Shown one piece after another: positions 28,715 through 38,360 of a stretch of 64,000 nt of DNA; position 1 is the first letter of the stretch; every line of letters begins with the position of its first letter. The stretch is from the IMG/VR virus record IMGVR_UViG_3300043446_005775, positions 13,256 through 77,255 of that record. The stretch is one strand, 5' to 3'. This DNA is from a virus. Position numbers and translations under genes: made by a program. The notes under the pieces are model-generated. The model saw only the letters and a program-made list of their open reading frames with translations, ran no database searches and was not told where the DNA came from.

Positions 28715-30262
28715 ATGGTTAGTGAAATGCAGTTAGCCAGAAGACAGCTCGACAAGGAGCTTAATCGGCACAACATCCCTGATGCACTGCAAGTCCTCGA
28801 CCGTGCTGTTGGCGGGTTGATTGACCTTGCCAAGAGCCGTGTCGGCGATGGCGTGACAAATGCCAAGGAAGTCAAGAACCCATTTGGCGATCCACCCGGA
28901 ATTCCGGGAGCGGGGAAAGCTGATGGGAACTACCGCTTGCCGAAGTTCGCTGGCGTCTACACCAATACCCAAAGTGTGCCCAAGAAGAAGGTGAAGACCA
29001 AGTCGGAGTCCTCGACAGCGCTTCCCACCGCTGCCGGGAGCATGCGTCTCGGCAAGGCTGCCGACGGGATGTACGAAGACGAGGAGAAGGCCTGGGACGA
29101 AGACGAGGAGAAAGGCTGGGGTAACGACAACGACAACGACGCTGATGACAGCGAGGGCATGACCTACAAGGGTCCCCGAGGCATGGGTCCGGGCATGAGC
29201 GCCGGTGGCGGCGAAGATGACGATGAGGAGTACGATCCCGACGCTGACGACGACGAAGAAGGCGAAGACGACGGGGACTATGATGATTCGGATAACGAAG
29301 AGCGTTATGACGAAGAGGGAAATCCCGATCCGAATGGCGAGTACGACAAGGATGGCAATAAGATCGGACCTTCGGACGACGACGAGGAAGAGGAAGAGGA
29401 AGAGGACGAAGAGCAAGAAGGTGGTGGGGATGCCTCTCGCCAGCAGGCCTTGGAAGAATTGCTTTCCCGAGACAACAAGTACGACAAGGGACCGGGCATG
29501 CGGCCGCGCAAGCCAGTAATGCCACCGGCCCCACCCCCGGCTCCGGCTGGCCCTCCGGGCATGCCTCCGGGAGCAGGACCAATGGCAGGAGGAGGTGCGC
29601 CTATGGCACAGAGTTTCCAGCGGAGCCGCAAGGCCAGGCTCGGCGATATTCACAAGGCTCTGGTTTCTGGCCCTGATGGGGCACAGGTCGCAGAGGTTGT
29701 GGAAGCCAGCAAGGAACTTGCACAGATGGTGAATGTTTTCGGACGATTCCTCGCGGACATCTCGACACAGGTCGAGTCGGTTCGTCAGGAGCAGTACGAG
29801 AGCACCGCCATGCTGGCCAATGCGGTCAGCACAGTCGTGAAGAGTCAGGCTGCCATGGCTCTTGGCCTTGAGCGGATTGCCAAGTCCGCGACAGCACTGG
29901 CGCAGAACAACGCCCCGATGCAGAAGTCGCTCCGTCAGGAACCTGCTTCTCGCCCGAATCCCGGAGTGCTCATGAATGGAAAGGTCATGTCCGAAGGAGC
30001 CCAGCTCCGTCGCTCGAACGCGACCGTTCTTGATGATTCGGGATACGCGATGGTGTCCGGTTCCCAGATCGAAGGGCGCTTGACAAAGTCCCTGGTTGGA
30101 ACGGTTATCCAGCAGTCGGTACTGGACGGGGAATATTCCCCCAAGGAAGCGCTTCGTTGGTTGACTGAAACCGATAGTCCGACAACGGGCCCTATTGGAG
30201 TGTTCCAGCAGCTTCCTCCGAAGCTGCGTGATCGCATCATCGCGAAGACACAAGAAGTCTAA
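28715..30262 (+). CDS. Capsid scaffolding protein (acidic, low complexity)
   Basis: Lies between protease and capsid genes; D/E-rich and P/G-rich tracts; many x-K-[S/A] motifs; AAGGAGG SD; TGtTAAAAT at 28679-28687. Confidence 0.7.
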   Translation: MVSEMQLARRQLDKELNRHNIPDALQVLDRAVGGLIDLAKSRVGDGVTNAKEVKNPFGDPPGIPGAGKADGNYRLPKFAGVYTNTQSVPKKKVKTKSESSTALPTAAGSMRLGKAADGMYEDEEKAWDEDEEKGWGNDNDNDADDSEGMTYKGPRGMGPGMSAGGGEDDDEEYDPDADDDEEGEDDGDYDDSDNEERYDEEGNPDPNGEYDKDGNKIGPSDDDEEEEEEEDEEQEGGGDASRQQALEELLSRDNKYDKGPGMRPRKPVMPPAPPPAPAGPPGMPPGAGPMAGGGAPMAQSFQRSRKARLGDIHKALVSGPDGAQVAEVVEASKELAQMVNVFGRFLADISTQVESVRQEQYESTAMLANAVSTVVKSQAAMALGLERIAKSATALAQNNAPMQKSLRQEPASRPNPGVLMNGKVMSEGAQLRRSNATVLDDSGYAMVSGSQIEGRLTKSLVGTVIQQSVLDGEYSPKEALRWLTETDSPTTGPIGVFQQLPPKLRDRIIAKTQEV

Positions 30263-30285
30263 GAAAGAAAGAAGGAGGATCGAAA

Positions 30286-32214
30286 ATGGCACTTTTGACA
30301 GAGTTCCCTTCGGGGTACAAAAAGCCGGAGCCGCTTAACAAGTCGTTTGACATGATTGTTCGCGACTGGAGTCGGCAGCAGTTCGGAGGCGACGACATCG
30401 TCGACGAGATTCGCAAGGCGCTCAGCACAGGCGTTGCTTCCCAGATCACCGCTGGCGGCGCGGTTACCGCTGGCAACAACAATCCGGGCGAGACCACTGC
30501 GTTGCGTCTTGAGAACCTCGACAATACCATGACGAGCGTCTTGGCGACCGCGGAGCATCTCAAGATTTTCCGCTGGCTTCACAAGGAGCCCAGCAAGCAG
30601 CCGTTCTATCAGTGGAACCGTCGCGAGTCGTATGGCTCGACAAGAGGGTTCTTCGGATTTCAGGAAGGCGGGTTACCCAACGGCGGCAAGGGTCAGTGGT
30701 CAAGAAATGGTGCGTACGTCAAGTTCCTTGGTACCAAGGGCGGGGTAACCCATCCTGCGGTGCTGACGAACATCCTCGGTGGCATGTCGGTTGACCCGGT
30801 TGCCGAAGATCAGCTTGGCCGTACCATGGACTTCATGCAGCGCATCGAAAGAGCCGTCATGTATGGCGACGAGGATATCTACGATGTTTCGGGCTCTGAT
30901 GCGAACTACGACGGAATCCTGAAGCAGCTTACGCAGAAGCGCTCGAAGAACATCATCGACCTTGAAGGCAAGCCGCTCACGCTCGACGTGATCGCGAATG
31001 TCGCGTCGCGACTGGTCAGCGAAGGCAAGCTTCTTTCCTTCAACGACATCTCGCTCTTCATGAGCCCCCAGAACATCGAGGACTTCGGCAAGCTGCGGTA
31101 CTCGACCATTCTTGGCACCAACAATGAGCCCGGAGGCCCTGGTACGCGCGTGGACCGTGCTGACCTGACCACCTCGGCTCGCAACAACCTCATCGCCGGT
31201 CTGTCCATCGTTGGACAGGCGACATCGTTCGGCGTGATTCCGTTCGAGTGGTCGATTTTCACCGAACCGGTCGAAGGCAGCGATCCGCTGGTAACCGGAG
31301 ATCCTTCCGCTCCCGCTGCGCCGCTCAACAATTCGCCGCTGTATGCGAATCGTCTATCCACGCAGATCACAAGCGCCAGTAATGTCGCCTCTGACCTGGA
31401 TTCTGCCGTTGCAGTCGTTTCGAAGAGAGTGAGCGGAACGGTTACCACGTCGCTGAGCGCCACGTATTACAGACGCGACCAGGCTCCCGGGAGTGCCATG
31501 ATCAACGGGACTCGTGACGGCACAGGATACAGCAGCGCCACCTCCTTGAGCACTCCTTCTGAAACCACCACGGTAACGAGCTATTCCGATAGCGGCGGAA
31601 CACCGTACATCAACGAAGGAAGAATCTGCCACAATATCACCGTCGCTGCTGCATCAAGCAAGCATGATGCGTCTGATACCACATTCTACTGGTACCGTGC
31701 ATCGTCGGTCAACGACAATGGCGAGTCCGCTGCCTCGTATGTCTCTTCTGGAGCGGTAAGCCCATCGAAGGATTATGTCGTGAAGTTCCTCATCCCACGT
31801 GTTCAGGGAACCGGTCTCGCCGCTGCCCGTGCGTACCGGATCTACCGCTTGGCATCCACCGTCGAGAATCCAACTTACCAGCCTTCGCTTTCTTCGACCA
31901 CCGTTGGAGTTGGAACAGCTGGATGGCAGTTTGTCGGATATGTCGCAGATCCCGGCGTTGGTGACTGGGTCGAGTTCACGGACTCGAACGGAGCCTCTTC
32001 GGACTACACCAACTTCCGGCCGGGCACCAACATCGCCCCGTTGCTTTGCCGTAACAGTGCTGACCTGTGCGTCGCGCAGATGTCGCCGCTGCTCAAGATG
32101 CCGCTTGCCCCGACAAGCACAACCTTTGAGTATCTGCTGCTTCTGTACCATACGCTGGTCCTCAAGGCACCGGAGCGTCAGTTCATCTTCAAGAATGTCG
32201 GCAAGCTGAACTAA
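30286..32214 (+). CDS. Major capsid protein (SPO1/A511/K-like) with an S/T-rich insertion
   Basis: IRKALSTG...ALRLENLD...F.EGGLP...VKFLG.KG.V...IERAVMYGD...YDGILKQ...IIDL.GKPL...AQMSPLLKMPLA...LLLYHTLVLKAPERQFIFKNV; AAGGAGG SD; strong codon bias. Confidence 0.92.
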   Translation: MALLTEFPSGYKKPEPLNKSFDMIVRDWSRQQFGGDDIVDEIRKALSTGVASQITAGGAVTAGNNNPGETTALRLENLDNTMTSVLATAEHLKIFRWLHKEPSKQPFYQWNRRESYGSTRGFFGFQEGGLPNGGKGQWSRNGAYVKFLGTKGGVTHPAVLTNILGGMSVDPVAEDQLGRTMDFMQRIERAVMYGDEDIYDVSGSDANYDGILKQLTQKRSKNIIDLEGKPLTLDVIANVASRLVSEGKLLSFNDISLFMSPQNIEDFGKLRYSTILGTNNEPGGPGTRVDRADLTTSARNNLIAGLSIVGQATSFGVIPFEWSIFTEPVEGSDPLVTGDPSAPAAPLNNSPLYANRLSTQITSASNVASDLDSAVAVVSKRVSGTVTTSLSATYYRRDQAPGSAMINGTRDGTGYSSATSLSTPSETTTVTSYSDSGGTPYINEGRICHNITVAAASSKHDASDTTFYWYRASSVNDNGESAASYVSSGAVSPSKDYVVKFLIPRVQGTGLAAARAYRIYRLASTVENPTYQPSLSSTTVGVGTAGWQFVGYVADPGVGDWVEFTDSNGASSDYTNFRPGTNIAPLLCRNSADLCVAQMSPLLKMPLAPTSTTFEYLLLLYHTLVLKAPERQFIFKNVGKLN

Positions 32215-32238
32215 TACCTGTTATACTTACACTAATGC

Positions 32239-32295
32239 AATATTGCCGGGAACGGGGAACCATTCTGGGTTGCCAGGTTCCCGGCAATATTCTTT
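32239..32295 (+). terminator. Long hairpin after the capsid gene (terminator or processing site)
   Basis: Perfect 15-bp inverted repeat AATATTGCCGGGAAC (32239-32253) / GTTCCCGGCAATATT (32277-32291), followed by CTTT. Confidence 0.7.
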
Positions 32296-32319
32296 ATAAT
32301 CATCAGAAGAGGTGTCAAT

Positions 32320-32826
32320 ATGCCAAGAATGAATCCACAGGAAAAAGCGGAAATGATGAAGGCGCGACTTGCCGATGTGCAGCGTGAGCAGGCAGCAATT
32401 GCCACAACAGCTATCGAGGCAGTCGAAAAGGGCACTGATCCGGAGCTGGCCGTGCAGCTTGCCGAAGCTGCAGCAAGCGAGATTCCCAGCGTTTCGGAAT
32501 TGTCAAATCGGCTTAGCAAGGTTGCGCAACACATGATCCCTGCGACAGTCTCGGATTACAACGCGATTTCGACAAATCGCCTCGATTATGTTCCGGAAGT
32601 TCCTGCCGAGAACAGGTTGCCACATGTTGTCGATTCCCCATTTAGCGAGGGAGTGAAAATCTGGCGACGAAATCCAAACGGCCCCGCGTTCTTTTCGATG
32701 ACCCATCCGAATGGAACGCGAGGCACAGTCGCGTTTGACGCGAACGGCATTGGCTTTGCGCCCGAAGAGTTTGCAACGCTACTCATTCGTGGGGGCATGT
32801 GTGTCCGCGTGAAGGAAACACCGTAA
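32320..32826 (+). CDS. Hypothetical protein
   Basis: 168-aa ORF with GAGG upstream; TAATG coupling to the next gene. Confidence 0.75.
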   Translation: MPRMNPQEKAEMMKARLADVQREQAAIATTAIEAVEKGTDPELAVQLAEAAASEIPSVSELSNRLSKVAQHMIPATVSDYNAISTNRLDYVPEVPAENRLPHVVDSPFSEGVKIWRRNPNGPAFFSMTHPNGTRGTVAFDANGIGFAPEEFATLLIRGGMCVRVKETP

Positions 32827-33497
32827 TGCCATACCCGACATTCTCCCCTAATGCATCCACGGCAAACATCCTGAATGATGTCAGCGGCAACAGTTTCGTT
32901 GTTCACGATTTCAATGAGGCGCAGAGACAGTATTTCATTTCCCGCGCCCCGTTTTTCGTCCGTGATGTCCTTCTCTGCGCAGCGTATCCCCTGCGATTTG
33001 ATCTGCCCGGACGTACATCGTTCCTTATTGAGCATCCTCATCGAACCGTTGAGTTGACGGTATCCCTGACCGGATCCATCTCCAACTATGGTGGCGTCAC
33101 ATTGTCTCCCGCAGAACTGGTGGCTGGATCGGCCACGGCGCTTACGGTGAATGGGTACTCGATTGCATATCCGTATCGATTTTTTTCGGTATCACTCGCG
33201 GGAGGAGGCAGTGGTTTTGCGCTAAACCTGACTGCAGTGCCTGACAGCAGCGGCTCTTCGCTCAATGACTTCGCCCTTGCGATTGGAACAGCAGGAAGTG
33301 GATGGGAGGCTGGGGACCTGATTGCCATCGGAGACCCGTATTTCAACGGCGGTGTATTGCGAGTTGACACTGTTTCTGCTCATCCCCACCCTGTCGCCAC
33401 ATTCACCGTCGTGAGGCCGGGCAAGGGCTACAAAGAAGGGGTCGCGCAGATGGGCACACATGCCGCGTATATCAGCCTGTCTGCGATGAGGGCATAA
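32826..33497 (+). CDS. Putative virion decoration protein with a G/S/T-rich beta module
   Basis: ATG at 32826 overlaps the previous stop; GGGSGFAL...IGTAGSGWEAGDLI...VRPGKGY module similar to the sheath insert. Confidence 0.6.
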   Translation: MPYPTFSPNASTANILNDVSGNSFVVHDFNEAQRQYFISRAPFFVRDVLLCAAYPLRFDLPGRTSFLIEHPHRTVELTVSLTGSISNYGGVTLSPAELVAGSATALTVNGYSIAYPYRFFSVSLAGGGSGFALNLTAVPDSSGSSLNDFALAIGTAGSGWEAGDLIAIGDPYFNGGVLRVDTVSAHPHPVATFTVVRPGKGYKEGVAQMGTHAAYISLSAMRA

Positions 33498-33498
33498 G

Positions 33499-34161
33499 AT
33501 GTCCCTGCCCGAATTTGTATTCCACTCCCGCGTAGTGGACTTCTACGAAAGGATACGGGCCGGGAAGAACCTGCACAAGCTTGACGAGATGTTTTTCTAT
33601 CTTGACGAAAAAAGCCTGTCCATGACCAAGAGGTGGATCATGGACGAGCGGTTCCCATGGACCATCGGCAAGGGATGGTCCCTCCTTTCCCAGGCTCCTC
33701 CATTGGTTGCCATGACCATGGACTCCGAAGCCGACCGCCCCGGTGGGCAATTTCTCGGGAATGTCGCTGGTGTGCCATCCATTTCGTATGAGCCGGATGG
33801 AGTCACGCCACAGTTCTACTTCGAGACCAATGGACGGCTGAAAAACGCAACGTACAGATTCTTCCTTGTCGCGCCAAATCCCGACATGATCTCCACCATG
33901 TACACCATGGTGCTTCGTGCGCTGATGGAAGGTGAACAGCCGCCCGTGGATGAGCCGCACATCATTCCTTACGAGGAGTATGGCATCGGGGAGTTGCACT
34001 ATAGTGGGTCGGACATCAGCCCGAATCAGAGTTTCCTGCCAAATGTCATGTTTGCGCGAAACCTGACCGTTAATTGCACCTATCTTGCTTCATGGACCGG
34101 AAGGTCTTTTGGAAAAGATGGCTTTGTATCAAGCATAGATATTGAAGAAAAAATACCGTAG
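33499..34161 (+). CDS. Putative tail completion/terminator protein
   Basis: 220 aa, two genes before the sheath; ...MFARNLTVNCTY ending. The call rests mainly on position. Confidence 0.45.
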   Translation: MSLPEFVFHSRVVDFYERIRAGKNLHKLDEMFFYLDEKSLSMTKRWIMDERFPWTIGKGWSLLSQAPPLVAMTMDSEADRPGGQFLGNVAGVPSISYEPDGVTPQFYFETNGRLKNATYRFFLVAPNPDMISTMYTMVLRALMEGEQPPVDEPHIIPYEEYGIGELHYSGSDISPNQSFLPNVMFARNLTVNCTYLASWTGRSFGKDGFVSSIDIEEKIP

Positions 34162-34180
34162 CATAGATATGAGGTTTAAA

Positions 34181-34474
34181 ATGGCCAGAACAAGCAAATC
34201 TTCACCCAACATTCTCCAGAACCCGAATGACGCGCTGTCCGAAGAAGTGATTGACGAAACAGCAACTGCGCCGGAAGAACCACAGGCAGTGTGGGAAGTT
34301 CCCGGCGAAGTGGAACACATCGTCAACCTTGAAACATGGAGCAAGGATTGCAACACAATGAGTCCGGAACTGATTGGCGGATTCGTGCATCATGCCCGTG
34401 CCCTTAACCTGCGGTATGACACCCCTTCGGGATGGAAAGCCAAGGCAATCTCTTGGTCAAAAAAGCCCGTATAA
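34181..34474 (+). CDS. Small hypothetical protein before the sheath gene
   Basis: ATG at 34181 after GAGG; a small gene sits at this position in A511/K-type tail operons. Confidence 0.6.
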   Translation: MARTSKSSPNILQNPNDALSEEVIDETATAPEEPQAVWEVPGEVEHIVNLETWSKDCNTMSPELIGGFVHHARALNLRYDTPSGWKAKAISWSKKPV

Positions 34475-34513
34475 TAAAAAATATTGAGTACAGAGTGATG
34501 ATAGGAGGAAACA

Positions 34514-37500
34514 ATGTCTGTTGCTTTTAATGGTGTGGTGCTCGTTGCTCCAGGAGTCGCTTCGTATATCGACGATTCAGCCTCCAGCAGTTCTCCCACA
34601 ACGTCTGCGAATGCGATTGCGATTCTTGGAGAGGCAGAACGCGGAGAAACCGGACAGCCGGTCGTGTTCACTGATTCCTCGACGGTACGTGCCTACTATG
34701 GCACAAGCAGCGTCGATCTGCCGCTTATTTATGGCATTACAAGAGCCATGAATGCCGGGGCATCCCGTGTCTACGGATTACGGGTTGGCAATGCCACGAA
34801 GGCATCCGTGTCCATCACCTCTGGAACACGAAACATTATCTCCCTTGTTGCCAAGGAGTGGGGAAACACTGGCAACTCATGGAATCTTGAGATAAGCACA
34901 AATCCTTCTGATTCGATGGCAAAGGACATCAAGCTGACGCTGCATGATGGCCGCATCTACAAGCAATCCAAGATTGGGAAGAATGTTGCTCAAATCGAGT
35001 ACTATTCGCCAATTTATTCCTTGGGATCGGGCGAGATTTTCCAGGTGACTTCCGGAACATACGGTGGGGTTACTGCCACGGTGCAGGCTCCGCTCTATGA
35101 TTTTCGTGGCTTTGCCGTGGATGGCGTTGCTGAGGGATCGGTGCTCTCGGGCGGTGGCGCAATCACCGATGCCGGTTCGTTTGGGGCAGGCCGGTGCGTG
35201 GCCCTCTCGGTTGTTTCGCCAGTAGGGACATCGAATGCCGAACGGGGCCATATCTACTTCCAGAGCGATGACGCTACCGTGGCTGGTGCGCCACGCACTG
35301 GCAATATCGGAGGGGATGCTGCGTTCCCTGTCAGGGCGCAGACAACGACCAAGAAGAACTTGTCCGGCGCGTATCTCTGGCAGCCAACTGCGCAGATCAT
35401 TGCGGTCAACCAGGTTCCGACTCTTGTCCTGAAGTCTCCGGATTCCACCAAGAATGACGTGTATATTCCCTTGCAACCATACGACACGCTGGCGAAATTG
35501 TCCGCAAGAGTCAATCAGTATTACTCCCTTTCGAGGGCGGGTAGTGCGGCTGTTCCTGCAATTTCCGCATCCGTCAACGGCGCTCCGAGCGCGACAACAT
35601 TCGAGCGATTGGGATTGACAGAAGATTCCGGATCAGTCCAGTTTGGATTAACTGATCGTGATGGAGCAAATCGCACGACAATCAGTGTTCCTTACACCCG
35701 AATGGAAACAATTTCGGAGTTTATTGCCTCTGTCCAAGCGGATTTGAGAACCATCAACAACACAGGGCTTGTCGGGGCTGAATCCCTGTCGTTGGCGACA
35801 GCGGAATACCGGCAGGTGTCCGGGCAAATCACGGGCAATCTGGGAGCGGTAGCTTCGGCTGCCACGGGGACAATCGTTGCAACGTTGACGGGCCCCTCCG
35901 TTACCGGAGTTGCGTTCACTGGATCCGGATTTGTCAGCGGAGACCTGGCAACAATTACGTCGGGGTCTGCAAGTGCCGTGGTGAAGTTCACCTCATCAAG
36001 CGCCGCCACCGTTCAGACATCGACAACGGGATGGAGAGTCGCCGCAGGAACCGGCACCGGAGCGACGTTCACCACTACCGTCAATGGCCAGGGAGCCATC
36101 ACGAGTGCCACCGTTACATTAGGATCAGCAGGATCAGGATATGCGGTAGGAGATGTGCTGGGTGTCGGAGGAGCAGGAACTTCGGGAACACTTACGGTTG
36201 CCACATTGGCGTCAGGAGGGAGCAACGGTCTCGGCGCAATTGCAACGGTAACCATCTTGAATGCTGGAACTGGCTACATTGCCGGATCCAACGTGGCGAC
36301 GACGTTCCTGACCGCTTCCCCGGGAAGCACGGTGTCCGTCCCTTCGCTTGCTGTGGTGCCAGTCAAGCCAATCATCGTGTTCAATACAGGTTCGCAAGCA
36401 AAGTTCTATTCAGTCATCCCTAGCTCAAACACGTTTCTCCCATTGATCGGACTTGATGACGCGTCGACAAATGTAGGAGGATCAACCATTTCTGGCGTAT
36501 CCTTCAACACGCCTGTCGTCAACTTTGTTGCGGCAAAGCCAGCGGTAAGCGCGAACGGATGGAAACTCAGCCTTGCGCCGGGAATGGCTGACGGGACGTT
36601 GTCCAGCTCAAAACTTGACATGTTTCCGATTCCCATTCCTGTATTCACGACTGCTGCCCTTCAGGATGATGCGACACTTTCGAAGACGTATTTCTCCGCA
36701 AATACGAATGCATTGGTTGAGGCCTTGAATGGAAGCACCTTCGGGGCACTTGTTGAGGCGACGAAGCTCTATAGTTCAGCGCGAATTGACAATGGCGTCT
36801 ACGCATTCACCGGCGCTATCGAAACCCCTGTGGAGCCATCCCATTGGGATGATGCCTTGGCAAAACTGCAGCAAATTGAGGATCTTGAGATCATTGTCCC
36901 AATGACATCGAATGCCTCGATCCAGAGCGCAACCCTTGCCCATTGCCTGAGCATGTCCGGACCTGCCGGGAAGCGAGAGCGATTCGCAGTCTTTGGTGGT
37001 CCGCTGGGAATGTCCAACGCAGAAGTTTCGGCACTGGCGGCACAATTCAACGACAAGCGAGCCGTCGTGGTGTGGCCTGGGATCAAGGATTACAACGATC
37101 AAGGCGACCTCATCACTTGGGCACCATACTTCGCTGCGGCGACCATCGCCGGGCAGTTGGCTGCACAGTCGGATGTTGCCACACCGTTGACAAACAAGTC
37201 GGTGAGCATCCGTGGCCTTGAGACAATCCCGAGATTGACGGAAATCGACGACCTTGTCAATGCTGGCGTCCTTGTCATCCGGTATGACTCGAACCGCGGC
37301 TATAGCGTGGCACAATCGTTGACTACATGGAGTGGCGATACCCGTTATGTGCGTCGCGAAATCTCGACAATGCGGAGTGCAGATCTTGTCATGCGACGAG
37401 TGCGCGGATCAATTGCAAACATCATCGGAAGCAAGTTGACTCCTACGTTGATCAATACAATCAAGAGTCGAATCACGACACAACTTGAGATTTGCGAGAA

Positions 37501-37645
37501 TGCCCAGCTTATCGTTGGCAACGCGCAGTTTCCGGCATACAAGGACATCCTCATCCGTGCGGTCGGAGATGCGGTATACGCGGAATTCTCGATCAGCCCT
37601 GCGATCCCGGCAAATTACCTGCTGATTACCGCGCACATCATGTAA
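34514..37645 (+). CDS. Contractile tail sheath protein with large insertions
   Basis: N-terminal FNG..LVAPGVASYID...AILGEAERGETGQP; C-terminal WDDALAKL...HCLSMS...RER...PLTNKSV...LVNAGV...AQSLTT...REIS..RSAD...SPAIPANYLLIT; AGGAGG SD. Confidence 0.93.
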   Translation: MSVAFNGVVLVAPGVASYIDDSASSSSPTTSANAIAILGEAERGETGQPVVFTDSSTVRAYYGTSSVDLPLIYGITRAMNAGASRVYGLRVGNATKASVSITSGTRNIISLVAKEWGNTGNSWNLEISTNPSDSMAKDIKLTLHDGRIYKQSKIGKNVAQIEYYSPIYSLGSGEIFQVTSGTYGGVTATVQAPLYDFRGFAVDGVAEGSVLSGGGAITDAGSFGAGRCVALSVVSPVGTSNAERGHIYFQSDDATVAGAPRTGNIGGDAAFPVRAQTTTKKNLSGAYLWQPTAQIIAVNQVPTLVLKSPDSTKNDVYIPLQPYDTLAKLSARVNQYYSLSRAGSAAVPAISASVNGAPSATTFERLGLTEDSGSVQFGLTDRDGANRTTISVPYTRMETISEFIASVQADLRTINNTGLVGAESLSLATAEYRQVSGQITGNLGAVASAATGTIVATLTGPSVTGVAFTGSGFVSGDLATITSGSASAVVKFTSSSAATVQTSTTGWRVAAGTGTGATFTTTVNGQGAITSATVTLGSAGSGYAVGDVLGVGGAGTSGTLTVATLASGGSNGLGAIATVTILNAGTGYIAGSNVATTFLTASPGSTVSVPSLAVVPVKPIIVFNTGSQAKFYSVIPSSNTFLPLIGLDDASTNVGGSTISGVSFNTPVVNFVAAKPAVSANGWKLSLAPGMADGTLSSSKLDMFPIPIPVFTTAALQDDATLSKTYFSANTNALVEALNGSTFGALVEATKLYSSARIDNGVYAFTGAIETPVEPSHWDDALAKLQQIEDLEIIVPMTSNASIQSATLAHCLSMSGPAGKRERFAVFGGPLGMSNAEVSALAAQFNDKRAVVVWPGIKDYNDQGDLITWAPYFAAATIAGQLAAQSDVATPLTNKSVSIRGLETIPRLTEIDDLVNAGVLVIRYDSNRGYSVAQSLTTWSGDTRYVRREISTMRSADLVMRRVRGSIANIIGSKLTPTLINTIKSRITTQLEICENAQLIVGNAQFPAYKDILIRAVGDAVYAEFSISPAIPANYLLITAHIM

Positions 37646-37655
37646 GGAATTCATA

Positions 37656-38330
37656 ATGACTGCCAAGCTATGGGATACCGGAGTACGAACAGGAGGCAAG
37701 GTCTTGCTCAAGATGGACGACAAGGTCATTGCCTTTGCCCAGTCAGCACGATTTCGTGATGATTATGGGCTTGAACCAGTCCAGATCATCGGACAGCTTC
37801 AAGCCATTGAGTACGTTCCTACCCATGCTCGACACGAAATTACCGTCACAACGCTTGTTGTTCGCAATGCAAGTCTTGTGAGTATGGGGCTTGAGCCCGG
37901 ATCCGCAGGAAGTTTTGGAATACTGACTCCGGAGAATACCAGTGGCGCCGTAGGACAGGGAATTGTCAATGCATCACCAGGGCGGGTAGGAACTAATGAA
38001 CCGGGCTCCGCAATAGGAGCCTGGAATGCCACGTTCAACGGCCCTGGCGCTGATGCCAATGTCAATGCATTCGGATACCTGACGTTTTATCGGGTTTTGC
38101 ATCAACGGGTATTTGATATCGAAGTGGTAGACATGGAATTCCTTGACGCGGACCAAGCAGCTGATTCGCTTTTCTTGGGCAACACATTACTCAAGTATGT
38201 GAATTGCTTCTTTGCTGGCGGAGAGGTGTCGGTGGACTCCAATCGGGTCTTGATGCATACCGCAACATTTTATGCTCAGGACAAGGATGGAAATTTCGGG
38301 TTGCATTCAAGACCGGCACCAGTATTTTAA
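37656..38330 (+). CDS. Tail tube protein (paralogue 1)
   Basis: Directly after the sheath; TGGKVLLKMD...FAQSARFRDDYGLEPV..IGQL..IEYVP...FDIEVVD...Y.NC.F...N......TF. Confidence 0.85.
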   Translation: MTAKLWDTGVRTGGKVLLKMDDKVIAFAQSARFRDDYGLEPVQIIGQLQAIEYVPTHARHEITVTTLVVRNASLVSMGLEPGSAGSFGILTPENTSGAVGQGIVNASPGRVGTNEPGSAIGAWNATFNGPGADANVNAFGYLTFYRVLHQRVFDIEVVDMEFLDADQAADSLFLGNTLLKYVNCFFAGGEVSVDSNRVLMHTATFYAQDKDGNFGLHSRPAPVF

Positions 38331-38360
38331 TCAACAAGTATCAAGAAAAGGAGAAAGAAC

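Noticed and set aside
28733-30292. 519-aa minus-strand ORF
   Set aside because: It is the antisense shadow of the codon-biased scaffold gene; the V/L/F-rich translation mirrors the D/E/K codons, and it has no motif or SD site.
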